From IMG/VR virus record IMGVR_UViG_3300044820_000060, positions 1 to 60,892 of that record: a stretch of 60,892 nucleotides of DNA; one strand, 5' to 3'. Under the pieces are notes generated by a model. That model was not told the DNA's origin. It was given only the letters and a program-made list of their open reading frames with translations, and ran no database searches. The stretch is from a virus (taxonomy: Duplodnaviria; Caudoviricetes). Below are positions 51,771 to 60,892 of the stretch, one piece after another (within the stretch, counting starts at the first letter, position 1; the number at the start of each line of letters is the position of its first letter). The translations under genes were made by a program, and so were the position numbers.

Positions 51771-53827
51771 TGCCCTTCGCAACCGTCAAGTTGAAACCCG
51801 GCGTTAACTCGCTTCTGACGCCTCTTCAGAACGAGGCCGGATACTCCACCTCGCAACTTGGCCGGTTCAAGGCTGGCCTCTTTCAAACTGTTGGAGGCTG
51901 GGTCAAGTACGTCACATCTTCTGCGCTTTCAGGGGTTCCCCGCGTCCTCCATGCTTGGGAAGACCTCAATCAGAACGGCTGGCTGGCCGGCGCAACGACG
52001 ACGACGCTTTCGGTCTCGAACAATGCGGGCACCTTCTCGGACATCACCCCGCAAGTCCTCACCACCAATCCCGCCGTAAATTTCTCGACGTCTTTAGGCT
52101 CTCCGACGGTAACAATCGTTGACGCCAGCCTGACTGCGCCACTGACAACCGCAGACACCGTGACCTTCAACACGCCGGTTGCGGTCGGGGGCCTCATTCT
52201 GTCGGGCGTCTATCAGGTCCAGAGCGTCCTTTCCACGACCTCCTACACTATTACAGCAGCAACGAACGCCACCGCGAACGTCTCGAATGGCGGCGCTGTC
52301 CCGAGCTTCACGACCACAAGCGGCTCACCCTCTGTCACCGTGGCACTCGCTGCACATGGTCTGACGGCGGGACAATCGGTCGTTTTCCCTGTCTCGACCA
52401 CCGTTGGCGGACTCACGATCTCCGGGAGTTATTCCGTCTCGTCCGTGACAGACTCAAGTCACGTCGTCATCGCGGTTGGCACCCCGGCTTCGTCTGGCGC
52501 CACCGCTTCCATGAACGCCGGAAATGCGCAGTTCGTCTATGGGATCACGCTCGGAACATCGGTCAATTCTGGGACGGGGTATGGATACGGAGCTTACGGC
52601 GCTGGGCTCTATGGCGGGACTGGAGCGGTCGCGACCATCACAGGAACGGACCTGGCGTCACCGGATTGGACGGCCGATAATTGGGGGCAGGACTTAATCG
52701 CATGTCCCGCCGGGGGGTCGATTTACTACTGGCAACCCAATGGGGCTTACACCAACGCCACGCCCATCATCGGGGCTCCGCAATACAATCAAGGGATCTT
52801 CGTCTCGGCGCGCTATCAAATCCTGGTGGCCTATGGTTCGACTCCGCTTCAAAACGGTATCGGCGTCGCTCAGGATCCCCTCTTCGTGCGATGGTGCGAT
52901 CAGAGCAACTTCTTTTCATGGTTTCCTACGGTCACAAATCAGGCAGGCGGGCAGAGGCTTTATTCCGGGTCACGCATCATCGCCGGGTACGGCGGACCAC
53001 TGACGGACCTTCTTTGGACAGACATTGATTTGTGGTCAATGTCTTACATGGGAACGCCCTTCATTTATGGTTTCAATAAGGTAGCGGACAACTGCGGAAT
53101 TGTTGGAGCACATGCCTTCGCGACGCTCGCCAGCAAGATTTTCTGGATGAGCACCTCGAATTTCTTCTCAACAGACGGCTCAAGCGTTCAAGCCCTTCCG
53201 TGCTCGGTTTGGGATACCGTGTTTCAGGATTTAGACCGAACCAACGCCTGGAAGTGTGTCGCATGGTCGAATACCCCGGCCAATGAAGTGTGGTTCTTCT
53301 ATCCGTCTCTCTCGGGTGGAACTGGCGAATGCGACAAGTACGCCAAAATCAACACCATCGAGCAGGTCTGGGACACGGGAACGCTTCAGCGCTCGGCTGC
53401 AATCGATCAATCTGTCCTTGGGAATCCCATTGCAGCATCAGCAACGGGCGTCACCTATCAGCACGAAACAAGCATCTATGCTGATGGCGCTCCGATCCCC
53501 TCGTCTTTCCAAACAGGTCTATTTGCCCTTAGCGAAGGCGAGGAGTTCATCTTTGTGGATCGGATATATCCTGACATGCGTTGGGGTTTGGCCGGTGGCG
53601 CACAAACGTCGAGCGTCCAGATCACGCTCTATGCTCAAGACGACTCCAGCGGCGATAATCCCATCGATCCTCCGAGGGCCTACGGACCTTTCACGGTTAA
53701 TGCGAGCACACCCTACATCCCGGTTCGCATCCGGGGCCGGTATATGTCGATGGCCATGACCGTCATAAGCGGGTTTTCTCGGATCGGCGCAATCAAATAT
53801 CGCTTTTCGCCCGACGGGAGACGCTAG
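51770..53827 (+). CDS. Tail nozzle/DNA stabilisation protein
   Basis: LKPGVN...WTADNWGQDL...VRWCDQ...TNQAGG.RL...EVWFFYPS...RIRGR. Confidence 0.8.
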   Translation: MPFATVKLKPGVNSLLTPLQNEAGYSTSQLGRFKAGLFQTVGGWVKYVTSSALSGVPRVLHAWEDLNQNGWLAGATTTTLSVSNNAGTFSDITPQVLTTNPAVNFSTSLGSPTVTIVDASLTAPLTTADTVTFNTPVAVGGLILSGVYQVQSVLSTTSYTITAATNATANVSNGGAVPSFTTTSGSPSVTVALAAHGLTAGQSVVFPVSTTVGGLTISGSYSVSSVTDSSHVVIAVGTPASSGATASMNAGNAQFVYGITLGTSVNSGTGYGYGAYGAGLYGGTGAVATITGTDLASPDWTADNWGQDLIACPAGGSIYYWQPNGAYTNATPIIGAPQYNQGIFVSARYQILVAYGSTPLQNGIGVAQDPLFVRWCDQSNFFSWFPTVTNQAGGQRLYSGSRIIAGYGGPLTDLLWTDIDLWSMSYMGTPFIYGFNKVADNCGIVGAHAFATLASKIFWMSTSNFFSTDGSSVQALPCSVWDTVFQDLDRTNAWKCVAWSNTPANEVWFFYPSLSGGTGECDKYAKINTIEQVWDTGTLQRSAAIDQSVLGNPIAASATGVTYQHETSIYADGAPIPSSFQTGLFALSEGEEFIFVDRIYPDMRWGLAGGAQTSSVQITLYAQDDSSGDNPIDPPRAYGPFTVNASTPYIPVRIRGRYMSMAMTVISGFSRIGAIKYRFSPDGRR

Positions 53828-54469
53828 GTGGCAGACTCAAATATGGGCATGGTCACTGCGGCGCAAAATGCCGTGGTCCAGCTTGGAAACATCTACAAGG
53901 CGCTGGCGGCTCAAGGTGCTCCATCAAACATGGTGGGCGCAACCGCTGGCGTGAATGGTTCATCGGGCCTCGTTCCCGCGCCCGTGGCCGGCCAGCAAAC
54001 ATACGTTTTGAACGGCGCCGGGATTTGGGTTGCCATAAACACCGCCAATATCGTCGGAACCGCGACAAACGATAGCGCGGCGGCTGGCCATATCGGTGAG
54101 GTCGTCACATCGAACATAGCGGTCGGAAGCGCAGTCGCGTTAACGAACGGATCTCCCGCAAACATAACATCCATATCGCTCACGGGCGGCGATTGGGATG
54201 TCTATGGATATTTCTCGACGAATCCGGCTGGAACAACGGCGATAACTTCCGTTCTGTGCGGGATCTCAACGACCTCTGCAAATCTCGGCAATTTTCCATC
54301 AAGACTGATCGGAACAACGCTCGCGACCGGCTATCAAACAAGCCTTCCATGCGCGACGCAACAGATCAGCCTTGCCTCAACGACAACGGTTTACCTCGTC
54401 GGGCAAGCCAACTTTACAGTCTCCACTTGCGGCGGGTTTGGGTACATCACAGCACGACGGGCACGGTAG
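53828..54469 (+). CDS. Tail-associated structural protein
   Basis: GLVPAPVAG; GTATNDSAAAGHIGE; TSISLTGGDWDV; ends ITARRAR. Confidence 0.7.
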   Translation: MADSNMGMVTAAQNAVVQLGNIYKALAAQGAPSNMVGATAGVNGSSGLVPAPVAGQQTYVLNGAGIWVAINTANIVGTATNDSAAAGHIGEVVTSNIAVGSAVALTNGSPANITSISLTGGDWDVYGYFSTNPAGTTAITSVLCGISTTSANLGNFPSRLIGTTLATGYQTSLPCATQQISLASTTTVYLVGQANFTVSTCGGFGYITARRAR

Positions 54470-54471
54470 GT

Positions 54472-55623
54472 ATGACGGTTGATCTTTCCACCTTGCCGCA
54501 AAGGCTCTTGAATCACGAAGCCAGTCGAGCCGACCGCGCGCCGACTGAAGCGCAGAAGGAAGCTGGGAATTATCGCAAGGGACATATCCGGCTTCATGGA
54601 CTCGACATCACCATCGAAAACGCCAAGGGGTCGGTGCGTTCTGGCGTAGGCAAGAACGGTAAGAAATGGTCCGTCGCCCTACCTGATCATTATGGCTACG
54701 TGAAGCGCAGTTTAGGTGCTGATGGGGATCACGTTGACGTCTACATTGGTCCCCACCCGACAAGCCTCGAAGTTTTCGTCGTTGATCAGGTTGATAGCGG
54801 GTCCAAGAAGTTCGACGAGCACAAGGTCATGCTCGGCTATGACAGAGAAGAGAGCGCTTTGTCCGCCTATCACAAGGCGTTTTCTGATGGCAAAGCCAAG
54901 GATCGCATTGGCGGCGTCACGAGAATGAGCATCGAAGATTTCAAACAATGGCTTCGCGCCGGGGATACATCCAAACCGATTGGAAAGAAGATGCCGCTCC
55001 TGAAGGGCAAAGAGAACATAGGCCATAATATCAAGGAAATAGAGCGGGATGGGCACCCAAGGGACCAAAGCATCGCCGCAGCCTTGAGGGTCGCGAAGCG
55101 CGCGAACGGTGGGCATGTTGGTCCCCTCGTTGGAACAACGCCGGGCCGCGCCGACGAGGTCGAAACGACGGTTCCTGATGGAAGCCATGTGATCCCGGCG
55201 GACATCGTGGCGCACCTTGGCGGCGGAAATTCTCTCGCCGGCCTGGACCTTCTGAACAAGCGCTTTCCGCATCGCGCATTTGGCGGCGGGATCGGAATGC
55301 CAAGAATTCCGGGGGCTCCCCGCATACCTCATTTGGGAATGCCGCGAATCCCCCATCCACACATAACCGCGCCGCCGCATCTTGCGGGCGTCCCTGGACT
55401 CTCGGGCTCACATTTCGCGAAGGGCGGCGAACCTACGCAGGTTCCGTGTAAACTTTCGGATGGCGAGTTCGTGGTCGGCCCCGATCACGTCCGCGAACTT
55501 GGTCAGGGCGACCCTGAGAGAGGTCATCGCACCCTGGACGAAATGATCTTGAAGCTCCGCAAGGAATCGATCGCCAAGCAAAAGGCACTTCCCGCGCCCG
55601 TAGGCTCCCACAAACAGAAATAG
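54472..55623 (+). CDS. Fusion protein: InPase-like (polyvalent-protein) domain plus internal virion domain
   Basis: PTEAQKEAGNYRKGH...IEN.KGS.RSG...HYGY...GADGDHVDVYIG...FDEHKVMLG; then GRADEV...VIPADIV and LSDGEFVV. Confidence 0.8.
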   Translation: MTVDLSTLPQRLLNHEASRADRAPTEAQKEAGNYRKGHIRLHGLDITIENAKGSVRSGVGKNGKKWSVALPDHYGYVKRSLGADGDHVDVYIGPHPTSLEVFVVDQVDSGSKKFDEHKVMLGYDREESALSAYHKAFSDGKAKDRIGGVTRMSIEDFKQWLRAGDTSKPIGKKMPLLKGKENIGHNIKEIERDGHPRDQSIAAALRVAKRANGGHVGPLVGTTPGRADEVETTVPDGSHVIPADIVAHLGGGNSLAGLDLLNKRFPHRAFGGGIGMPRIPGAPRIPHLGMPRIPHPHITAPPHLAGVPGLSGSHFAKGGEPTQVPCKLSDGEFVVGPDHVRELGQGDPERGHRTLDEMILKLRKESIAKQKALPAPVGSHKQK

Positions 55624-55634
55624 GACATCTCCTC

Positions 55635-56135
55635 ATGAGAATGCACGAAGCAACCAGCGCGCCGCTGGCGGCTCAAGCCTTGCCGCGCGTCCGCCGTGCT
55701 GTTGAATCTGATTTGGAAGAAGTGCTCCAACTCGGAAGGGATCTCCATGCCGAGAACGGCTTGATGGGTCTGGACGAGGATTTGATCCGCCAAGCCGCGG
55801 TCCAGGCGATCATGCACAACAATGGCATCGTGGGTGTGATCGGCAAAGACCCTATCGAGGCGATGATTTACCTCGGGTTAAGACAGTATTGGTACACCAA
55901 GGACGTGCATTTAGAAGAAATGCTCGCCTACGTTCGTCCTGACCACCGCCGCTCCAAGAACGCCATCGCCCTGATCGAGTTCGCCAAATCGGCATCTCTC
56001 AGCCTTGGTATTCCCCTCCTTATCGGTATCGTTTCAAACGAGAAGACTACCCAAAAAATCCGCCTTTACGAACGGCGTCTCGGCAAGCAGTCGGGCGCAT
56101 ATTTCGTGTATAACGGGCACACCGGAAAAGGTTAA
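55635..56135 (+). CDS. GNAT-like acetyltransferase
   Basis: VRRAVESDL...YVRPDHRRS..A..LIEFAK...RLYER. Confidence 0.75.
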   Translation: MRMHEATSAPLAAQALPRVRRAVESDLEEVLQLGRDLHAENGLMGLDEDLIRQAAVQAIMHNNGIVGVIGKDPIEAMIYLGLRQYWYTKDVHLEEMLAYVRPDHRRSKNAIALIEFAKSASLSLGIPLLIGIVSNEKTTQKIRLYERRLGKQSGAYFVYNGHTGKG

Positions 56136-56141
56136 GCCTCT

Positions 56142-59100
56142 ATGGGCAACTCCGCACAAACGAACACTGCAAATAACACTGCGACCAATTCGGCTACCAA
56201 CGCCAATTCTGCAACGAATTATGGTTCGAATACGGGATCCAACACCGCCCAAACCTCGAACTATTCGAGCGCGACAGGTCCGAGTGCGGCGGGCCAGGCC
56301 CTTATCAATCAGGCCACGAATCCATCGAATACGATTTCGAATATCTCTTCGTTCATGAGTCCATACACCCAATCGGTGTTGAACTCACAAGTTGCCCTTC
56401 AGAACCAGCAGGACGCACAGCAACAGAGCCAATTGTCGGGGAATGCTGCCTCGGCTGGTGCTCTCGGCGGGGATCGCGCGGTTCTGGCTGGGGCGTCTCT
56501 CGCTGGACAGCAGGCGCTCGCGAACAATGCGGCGAACTCACAGACCTTGCAGGCTGGATATGGTCAAGCGCTCAACGCGGCGCAGCAGACGGCGGGCCAG
56601 CAGTTACAGGGCGCGGGATTGAGCGGAACGCAGACTGCGGGCGGACAGCAATCGGCAGGATCGACCGCATCATCCACCCTCGGTGGCACACAGTCTTCGC
56701 AAAATAGCGCGACGGCCGGAACGAGTGCGGGAACAGGATCGTCGACTACGACGCAGATCCCCGGCTTGGCTTCAAACATCGGTCTCGGCGTAGGTCTTCT
56801 CGGAATGCTCAAGGACGGCGGGCGTGTTGATCGTGCCGACGGCGGAAGGGCGAGCATCGGCGGGATACAGGCTTTCGACAATGGCGGTGGCGTGGCCGGT
56901 CAGTTCGTGTTCGTCCCTGGCCAGAACGGAGCGCCGGGGCAGTATGTCTGGGTGCCGGCGCAGTCGGGTCAAGGCCAGGGCGGCGGGCAAGGGGCCGGTC
57001 AAGGCGCAAACGCCTCTCCCGTGCAGCAAGGCGCACAGCAAGCCAAGGGCATTGGCGAGATGTACCAGCTTGGCCAGAAGGCGCGTCAGGGACTCGGAAA
57101 CCTGTTCGACTCCATGGGAAGTGGTCAGGGCTCGGGGAACGGGGCCATTTCCAAGCTTTTCGGGTCGTCTTCCACGCCTACAATCGGTGACGGCGGCTGG
57201 TCGACCGGAACACAGACCTCGGGGCTTGTTGGATCGGGCGGGATCGGTAACAGTGTCAGCAACCTCGGAAGCAGCATCAGCAGCGGCGCGAGCGATCTTG
57301 GGAGCAGCGTCAGCAGCGGTTTAAGCAGTCTCGGGAGTTCGATGGGTTTCGCCAAGGGCGGATCGACCTCGGCGCAACCATCCACGGCGTTCTTTAATGG
57401 TGCGCCCGCTCTCCCTGCCTTGAGCGTGCCGGGAGTTTCGGCTCCAAACGTCTCCATGCCGAACATCCCTGCGCCCAATGTTCCGCAAGCGGCAATGCCG
57501 AGTGTTTCCTTTCCCTATGTTCCGACTGCTCACACGTCATCGGGAAAAGGATCAGGCGGCGCGGTGCGCGGCTTTGCGGCGGGCGGAGATGCTGATTTTA
57601 ACGATAGTGATGCGGACTATACCATCGGGGACGCATTTAAGGATGGCGATAGCGCGTTGCTCAAGCCAAGTTCGATCTCGTCCTCGTTCCTGGATCGTGC
57701 GCTTGCCAAGCAATCCTTCCCGTCAGGCGGAATCTCCAAGGATGAGACCGCCCCCTCCCTCTTGAGCGCGTATCAAAATGCACAAGGGAACGTCTATCCC
57801 CCGGCGGTTTATGCCGACCCTCAAGGGCCGGTGTCTCTCGGAACGCCAGAACATCGGCGCTTTCCCGACGAGGCTCCTGCCCCCGCAACACCGCAAGACA
57901 TTCTGCGGATGCTCGCCAATGAAAATTCAGCGCTCAAAGACAAGCTTTCGGCGCTTGCTGCGGATAAGGCCGCTCAACCCTCTGCTGCGGCTTCTACCCC
58001 TCACGTTGACGAAGACGCAGGGCGCGACGTTGCTGCCAGCGGTTTTATGAATCCACTTCCGGCTGAAGCGTTGCGCGGGCCAGTGTTCCGTTCTGACGCC
58101 AGCAATTTGTCGAGCGCCCCCGCTTCAACTCCAACTCCGGTCGCGCCTTCCGCAAATACGCCATGGCAAACGAGCGTCGAAGGCGCTTCGCCTGCGCCAT
58201 CCACACCCGCCGCACCATCAGAGGCCCCAGAAGGCGGCTATTTGGCGCGAGCGATCCGCGATTTCCATCCTCTCGACCCCTTGGAGAAATTACGCCAACT
58301 TCTCAACCCCGATCCCACAGAATACCCCGGCGCAAAGTGGGGACCAGCCATCCCGGATGCCCCTCGCAAGCCCAAAGGGGAAATGCCGATTGCGGAGTCT
58401 CCGACTGCGGATTGGGCTGGCGCTTTCGGCGTGAAGCCAGAGGCGAAGCCAAACCTGTCGGCTGCACCGCAACTCACACCCGACAACACACCACTTCCGG
58501 CGCGCCGTCCGGCAAACTTGGGACAACCTGTTATCCCGCCGTCGATCGCGCAGGATGCAGCCGCCCGCGCTGATACTGTCCGTAAGGGCATGGAAGGCAT
58601 GACCACCGATCAGCCGCCTCCAGGAACAGTCATCAAAGGAAACACGGACGCGGATATTTCGCAGGTTCAGGGCGGTTCTCCTACCTTGGCGCAGCCAATT
58701 CCGACCCCCGCACCTCTCTCCACCGTTCCTGCTCCCGCTGATGCCGTTACACAGCCGACCGACGTCCGCCCCCCCGTCATGGGTGGAAAGCGCGGCGTCG
58801 TTCAGTCCGTTGTCCAAGAGGCACGGGCCAATGGCATGTCGGACAACGCGATCAGAGGTCTTCTCGCTAACGTCAAGGATGAGTCTGGCTTCGATCCAGG
58901 TTTGCGCCATCCCGATCAGCCGAAATGGGGCGGAGAGGCCCACTATGCCCACGGGCTTTTTCAAGAGGGCGGCGCGGAATGGAACCATTACGTCTCGTGG
59001 CTTAAGCAGAATGCTCCGAACGGAAAGTGGGATGATCCGCAGCTTCAAACTCGCTTCCTCGCACAGAACCTTCAGCAGAACTATCCGGCTGTCTGGAAGG

Positions 59101-60275
59101 CGATGAACGAAGGGACGCCAGAAGACGCGGCTCAAGCCTTTGTGTCCGGCTACCTTCGGCCAGCACGGCAGTTTGAGGACGCCCGCAGCGCTCAATATGG
59201 CCGTGGCGTTCCTCAGATCGAGGATTTCGTTAACGGCGCGGTCGGCGGCATCAAGTCGGGCATCAACACCATCGGCGGAGGCATTCAATCCGCCGGCGAA
59301 GGCGTCTCTCACACCATTGGCGGGATTGCGGACCATATCCGAGGATTCCTCGGCGGACAGAGCCAAAACCCGCAGCATGACGCAGGACTGTTCCAAAGCC
59401 TGTTCGGCGTGAACCCCTTCAATATGTCGGACGACTCCCGCAATAGGCTCATGCGGGCGGCAACGCTGGTTTCAGCCTATGGGGCGAACAAGCTCCCTGA
59501 AGGGCTTGAGCACATCCAAGAACTCGACGTGAAACAAAAGGCCGCTGCGAGACAGGCCCAGCACGACGCGCAGACGCTACAGATGGAACTCGCCAAGATG
59601 GCGGAGACCTCGCGCCATAATCAGGTCGAGGAGAACCTTCCGAAGAACAGGTTCACCCCTGGATATGGGATTGATCCGGCGACCGGCCAACAGGTCATGG
59701 GATCGTACAGCACGGACAAGGACGGCAATGCCATCTTCCATGCCAATCAGCCCATGTTCCCACGCGGCGCTGGTTCTGCGATGGGTGGTGGTCATGCTGG
59801 CGGCGTGTATGAGGTCAAGCGGCAGGCATACCTTGCGGTCCATAAGGGCGACGAGCAAGGGGCTTTGGAATACGCCTCTGGGCATAAATCCATGAGCGAT
59901 ACCGATGTCCAGAAGGCGGCAGCACAACTTGCGCAGAAAGATGCGGCGACCGAAGGCGTCATGGGCCAGAAATACAAGCCCTACATCGAGGAACGCACGA
60001 AGTTCTGGTCTGAGGCGCTTCGCCATGGATCTCAGGCTGCGGCTGCGCCTCAACAAGCTGCCCCAGCCCAACAGCCCGCACCAACCCAGAGCGCAGCCCC
60101 CGCACCAGTCGATCATGCTCAGCGCTACAAGCAGAACCCTGCCGCCGCCATTGCTGATGCACAGAGCGCCGTGAAGCGCGGAGCCGATCCTGCGAAGACC
60201 GAGGCCATGCTTAAAAGCTATGGGATTCCAGCCGATCAAGCCCATCAGGCTATTGTTGCGGCGGCAGGTCAATAA
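56142..60275 (+). CDS. DNA ejection/pilot protein with a phage tail lysozyme-like domain
   Basis: FMSPYTQSV...AGALGGDR...GYGQAL; GMSDNAIRGLLANVKDESGFDP...AHGLFQ...AAQAFVSGYLRP. Confidence 0.8.
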   Translation: MGNSAQTNTANNTATNSATNANSATNYGSNTGSNTAQTSNYSSATGPSAAGQALINQATNPSNTISNISSFMSPYTQSVLNSQVALQNQQDAQQQSQLSGNAASAGALGGDRAVLAGASLAGQQALANNAANSQTLQAGYGQALNAAQQTAGQQLQGAGLSGTQTAGGQQSAGSTASSTLGGTQSSQNSATAGTSAGTGSSTTTQIPGLASNIGLGVGLLGMLKDGGRVDRADGGRASIGGIQAFDNGGGVAGQFVFVPGQNGAPGQYVWVPAQSGQGQGGGQGAGQGANASPVQQGAQQAKGIGEMYQLGQKARQGLGNLFDSMGSGQGSGNGAISKLFGSSSTPTIGDGGWSTGTQTSGLVGSGGIGNSVSNLGSSISSGASDLGSSVSSGLSSLGSSMGFAKGGSTSAQPSTAFFNGAPALPALSVPGVSAPNVSMPNIPAPNVPQAAMPSVSFPYVPTAHTSSGKGSGGAVRGFAAGGDADFNDSDADYTIGDAFKDGDSALLKPSSISSSFLDRALAKQSFPSGGISKDETAPSLLSAYQNAQGNVYPPAVYADPQGPVSLGTPEHRRFPDEAPAPATPQDILRMLANENSALKDKLSALAADKAAQPSAAASTPHVDEDAGRDVAASGFMNPLPAEALRGPVFRSDASNLSSAPASTPTPVAPSANTPWQTSVEGASPAPSTPAAPSEAPEGGYLARAIRDFHPLDPLEKLRQLLNPDPTEYPGAKWGPAIPDAPRKPKGEMPIAESPTADWAGAFGVKPEAKPNLSAAPQLTPDNTPLPARRPANLGQPVIPPSIAQDAAARADTVRKGMEGMTTDQPPPGTVIKGNTDADISQVQGGSPTLAQPIPTPAPLSTVPAPADAVTQPTDVRPPVMGGKRGVVQSVVQEARANGMSDNAIRGLLANVKDESGFDPGLRHPDQPKWGGEAHYAHGLFQEGGAEWNHYVSWLKQNAPNGKWDDPQLQTRFLAQNLQQNYPAVWKAMNEGTPEDAAQAFVSGYLRPARQFEDARSAQYGRGVPQIEDFVNGAVGGIKSGINTIGGGIQSAGEGVSHTIGGIADHIRGFLGGQSQNPQHDAGLFQSLFGVNPFNMSDDSRNRLMRAATLVSAYGANKLPEGLEHIQELDVKQKAAARQAQHDAQTLQMELAKMAETSRHNQVEENLPKNRFTPGYGIDPATGQQVMGSYSTDKDGNAIFHANQPMFPRGAGSAMGGGHAGGVYEVKRQAYLAVHKGDEQGALEYASGHKSMSDTDVQKAAAQLAQKDAATEGVMGQKYKPYIEERTKFWSEALRHGSQAAAAPQQAAPAQQPAPTQSAAPAPVDHAQRYKQNPAAAIADAQSAVKRGADPAKTEAMLKSYGIPADQAHQAIVAAAGQ

Positions 60276-60892
60276 TGCTTGACAGCGAGAACCCCTTCGA
60301 AGCGCTTGTTCCGCAGAGCAGCGCTCCGTCTTCCGCGCCCGATGCGCAGTCGAGCCAGAATCCTTTCGATGCCCTTGTACCAGCGGCGACATCCCCGGCG
60401 AGCGGTAAGCAGACTGTTCCGAATCCGTTTGGAACTCCCACACCAAAAGAACCGATCGGAACATGGGGCGCGATCAAGGGCGCCGGACTGCGTGGATTAC
60501 GAGAAGGACTGACGTCCACCGCACAAGGCTTCACGCCCTTCGAGGACCGTCCGCAAGAAGAACAAGGCCAGGACGAGGTTTCGCAACTCCTCAACCAGCC
60601 CATCTCGCAAGGATGGACAGACCCTCGGTGGTGGGGCGCGCACATCGCGCACGGCGCGGCATCGAGTTCGCCCGCGCTCGCAACCGGGATGGTCGGCTCT
60701 GCGCTTGGCAGTGAGGCCGGTCCTTGGGGCACGCTGGCCGGCGGCGCGGCAGGCTTCGGCCTTGGGTCCGCTCTACAGACGGTCGCGCCCGCCTACCAGA
60801 AGGCTCGCTCGGAAGGTTTGAATCACGACGACGCCGTGAACCGCGCACTTGCTGAGACCGGCATCGCCACGGCGTTCGCGTCCGCAATGGGC
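60275..60892 (+). CDS. Large ejection/internal virion protein (N-terminal part; runs off the window)
   Basis: TAATG coupling; hand translation MLDSENPFEAL...NPFDAL...NPFG... with Gly-rich helices; open to the window end. Confidence 0.75.
   Translation, partial: MLDSENPFEALVPQSSAPSSAPDAQSSQNPFDALVPAATSPASGKQTVPNPFGTPTPKEPIGTWGAIKGAGLRGLREGLTSTAQGFTPFEDRPQEEQGQDEVSQLLNQPISQGWTDPRWWGAHIAHGAASSSPALATGMVGSALGSEAGPWGTLAGGAAGFGLGSALQTVAPAYQKARSEGLNHDDAVNRALAETGIATAFASAMG

Larger units (their letters stand above)
1..60892. mobile_element. Temperate podovirus-like tailed phage/prophage segment, probably with an alphaproteobacterial host
   Basis: cI/cro switch, terS/terL, portal, scaffold, major capsid, nozzle and ejection proteins; no tape measure or sheath gene; two GcrA homologues; no host housekeeping genes. 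Confidence 0.93.

Noticed and set aside
1-60892. Numerous long overlapping ORFs in the six-frame track (e.g. 7801-8832, 32732-33745, 58290-59396)
   Set aside because: Antisense or alternate-frame shadows of well-supported genes in GC-rich DNA; no RBS or recognisable motifs
25556-60892. Genome-wide stop-codon reassignment to explain the suppressor tRNA
   Set aside because: Core genes are uninterrupted in the standard code and end normally in TAA, TAG or TGA

Overview
The whole window reads as a large part (>61 kb, both ends open) of a temperate, podovirus-type tailed phage or prophage. Two GcrA homologues point to an alphaproteobacterial host. Left to right it contains: a truncated DUF1376/YdaU-like replication gene with internal 13-bp G-rich repeats; a lambdoid cro/cI switch whose CI appears to lack the autocleavage residues; early accessory genes; a C5 DNA methyltransferase; a tightly coupled ~7 kb leftward operon (10.0-17.1 kb); a Q-like gene with a pR'-like promoter; a transposase-less IR-bounded cassette; then terS/terL, portal, GroES-like, scaffold, capsid, two HNH endonucleases, several tail spikes/fibres, adaptor/nozzle and ejection proteins. 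No integrase, holin/endolysin or CRISPR array is visible. The best candidate for an undescribed system is the 10-17 kb operon. It encodes an FtsK/SpoIIIE ATPase whose usual membrane domain is replaced by an apparently dead RepB/AEP primase-like domain, membrane-anchored coiled-coil proteins ending in a D5/RFX-like winged helix (a third paralogue sits in the early operon), small membrane proteins, and a co-oriented cluster of GGTGTC repeats. The layout recalls Streptomyces TraB/Spd/clt DNA transfer. Other notable items are a tRNA-Ser body with a UUA (stop-reading) anticodon and several promoter- and/or terminator-bounded structured ncRNA candidates. All family assignments come from motif recognition by eye; no database searches were run.
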